A DNA stretch of 64,000 nucleotides from contig DAOUPA010000001.1 of NCBI GenBank assembly GCA_030626405.1, positions 1,437 through 65,436 of the forward strand, written 5' to 3'. The notes below the pieces were generated by a model. The model ran no database searches, was not told the DNA's origin, and saw only the letters and a list, made by a program, of their open reading frames with translations. The stretch comes from Planctomicrobium sp. Its GTDB lineage: Bacteria > Planctomycetota > Planctomycetia > Planctomycetales > Planctomycetaceae. Shown piece after piece: positions 62,131-64,000 of this stretch. Both the position numbers and the translations under genes were made by a program. Numbering within the stretch: the first letter of the stretch is position 1; the number at the start of each line of letters is the position of its first letter.

Positions 62131-64000
62131 TTAGGTGTTTCCAGATTGGTCGTTGCTGCGTCTATACAATGGTGACGCTGCAACGAGGAGTACGATCAAG
62201 ATTCCCAGAATCGAAACTCCCGCGCCCACGCGGACCGTCCAGGGATTGTATGTCCACTTGACGATCATTGGGCCTCCTGATTGATTGAGAGTGACTTGCT
62301 GTCGACGGAAGAGCGAATCTTTGCTCGCGTCTTCGGAAGTCTTCGTCCAGCCAGGGTAGTCGAGGTCCGTCAGGACAAGCTCGACAGCGCCGATTTCTTT
62401 GGCCTCTCTTAATATCACTTCAACTTCATGAGGTGACGAAGTCACCGTGACAGAAACTTCTGAATGGTCTTTAACGTAGGCTCGACCGAGGGCGTTGTTC
62501 ACCGCATAAAAATAGAACGGTTCCCGACGCGCAAGCGCTCGATTCATCAGAGCGTCGTATATCTCGCCAATTAAAGTCACGTCCCAAGTCGCTTCGTTCA
62601 CGGGCGACTCCAGCAATAAATGCGTCACACCAAACTGCCGCAGCCGTGACATATTTTCACGAGCAACATCGGGATCGTGCGATTCAAAGTCAACACGCAT
62701 TTGATCCGACTCGTAGATTTCAGGCCCAATTCCAAGATAGACCGGCAATGATGAAACACCAAGAAGAGTCGGGACGTTTTGACCTGGAGCATAAAGCCGG
62801 ACGTTGTTTCCCTGGTCAGCGAAATACTTTTTGATTTCGCTCTCTTGGCGGTGATTGATCGGAGGGTCGTCGACCATGACTGCATAAAACACTTGCCTGC
62901 CCCAGAAAGGTGCCTCGCCAAAGTTGTATTGCCGACTCACCGCCCAGAGATCAATCACGAGCGCAGAAAGCAGAACGACATAGATGACACGAGTTGTTCC
63001 GACTCGAAGCTTGTATCGCTTGAACAAGGCATCTAAAACTCCACCTGCCATCACTGCGAAAGCCAAAGCGGTGACCATCGAGTACCTTCCTGGTCCACGG
63101 AAAAATCCAAATCCCGGAACATCGGTGAGATAATAAGTCGGCCAGCCAGTTGCAAAGAAGAGTCCCGTTAGCGCGACGAAAAACCAACGCCAGTACCCGG
63201 TCAGAGAGAGCTTGCGCCGTATTTCAGACGACAGACAGCCGAGCGCGACAACCAGGATCGTTAAGAACCCGCAGTAGAGGAACGCTTCCACCTGATTCGT
63301 TGAATTCGGAACCTTGAGCAAAGTTGTCTGTTCAAGGTGGCGATCCATCGGCACTTCACCGCCATGCCAGGACCAGGGTTGCCACAATTGCGAAACCGCT
63401 GACGGTGGCATGTGTCCGTAAGTTGGCGTGAATTTTTCATTTACTTCCTGACGTTGCGACAGCGACTTTAGCTCCACCGTGGGCAGCAGTTGCACAGCCG
63501 CAATCATAAAACCGACACTGACCATCAGCAGTAACGGAATCAACGAACGAGCAACTTTCAATTTCGTTTCGACTGAAATCGTCGAACGAATTAGAAACGG
63601 CAAACACACCAGTAAGAGCAAAGTAATGAAGGCGAGATTGTAATGTCCGGCGAGTAAGTCCATTCCGAGAAAAAAACCGACTGCCGCGAGCGCCCACGGT
63701 TTTCGATCTTGTAGAAAAACGGTCGCTGCCCAGAGGATTGCAGCAAACCACGCACCGCCGATAATTGCCCATTCCAGGCATATTCGTGCTGGGAACCAAC
63801 CGTAGACAAACGCCGTTGCAGTGTACGTCGCCGCAGCGGGACTTAGCTTAACGCGTCGAGCAAATGACCAGGTTGCAACAAACGCCAACACATAGTGCAG
63901 CAGTTGCGAGAGGTTGTACGCCGTGTTGACATCAAACTGCGAATAGAGCAGCAGGTTGGGTGGATACAACGCAGCAGTTTGACTTTCGCCAAGTGTTGGA
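62131..64000 (-). CDS. Large polytopic membrane protein (YfhO / GT-C-like, tentative), 5' end beyond the window
   Basis: The ORF is more than 620 aa and is open to the right window edge; the first candidate start, at 63969, is only TTG. It has many TM helices followed by a C-terminal soluble domain and a final TM helix. Confidence 0.6.
   Translation of the reverse strand, partial: PTLGESQTAALYPPNLLLYSQFDVNTAYNLSQLLHYVLAFVATWSFARRVKLSPAAATYTATAFVYGWFPARICLEWAIIGGAWFAAILWAATVFLQDRKPWALAAVGFFLGMDLLAGHYNLAFITLLLLVCLPFLIRSTISVETKLKVARSLIPLLLMVSVGFMIAAVQLLPTVELKSLSQRQEVNEKFTPTYGHMPPSAVSQLWQPWSWHGGEVPMDRHLEQTTLLKVPNSTNQVEAFLYCGFLTILVVALGCLSSEIRRKLSLTGYWRWFFVALTGLFFATGWPTYYLTDVPGFGFFRGPGRYSMVTALAFAVMAGGVLDALFKRYKLRVGTTRVIYVVLLSALVIDLWAVSRQYNFGEAPFWGRQVFYAVMVDDPPINHRQESEIKKYFADQGNNVRLYAPGQNVPTLLGVSSLPVYLGIGPEIYESDQMRVDFESHDPDVARENMSRLRQFGVTHLLLESPVNEATWDVTLIGEIYDALMNRALARREPFYFYAVNNALGRAYVKDHSEVSVTVTSSPHEVEVILREAKEIGAVELVLTDLDYPGWTKTSEDASKDSLFRRQQVTLNQSGGPMIVKWTYNPWTVRVGAGVSILGILIVLLVAASPLYRRSNDQSGNT

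Overview
This 64-kb window is a bacterial chromosomal segment that is densely coding, with about 58 CDS. I found no rRNA, tRNA, CRISPR array, transposase or integrase by eye. Several features point to a Planctomycetota-like organism, but this is inference only. They are a DUF4912 protein, an FGE-sulfatase family protein, very large multidomain cytochromes, lipoprotein cupredoxins and a SCO1-DUF420 fusion.

Contents from left to right:
- nadA and gltA (+).
- A minus-strand run of moaE, moaD, a YdiJ-like FAD/Fe-S oxidoreductase, a zinc-ribbon membrane protein, a polytopic membrane protein coupled to folE, and a DUF4912 protein.
- A complete F-type ATP synthase operon, atpZ-I-B-E-F'-F-H-A-G-D-C (9.9-18.5 kb).
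- A LarA-like gene, an FAH-family hydrolase, cstA, an orphan ABC-2 permease and queG.
- An approximately 21-kb co-directional respiratory super-cluster (25.2-46.2 kb). It holds a Rieske protein with a repeat-bearing N-terminal extension, a b6-type cytochrome b, an enlarged subunit-IV-like protein and a 1390-aa octaheme cytochrome c with coiled-coil, PDZ and His-rich segments. These are followed by two tandem cupredoxin lipoproteins, a diheme cytochrome c lipoprotein, aa3-type oxidase genes ctaC-D-A-B-E-F, an ABC-2 exporter, a SCO1-DUF420 fusion and a small CPMC protein.
- uvrC (short form), a class II cytochrome c, an FGE-family protein, a small Moco oxidoreductase and an orphan secreted protein.
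- A divergent ABC-type cluster with uncharacterised partners, a 57-aa tatA that is missing from the ORF track, a sodium:solute symporter and a YfhO-like membrane protein truncated by the window edge.

The most notable non-coding signal is a REP-like palindromic element with core CACTTNAAGTG. It is present in at least 9 copies, always just 3' of stop codons, and four of these copies punctuate the ATP synthase operon.

All functional calls come from reading the translated ORFs for family-diagnostic motifs. No database search was run.
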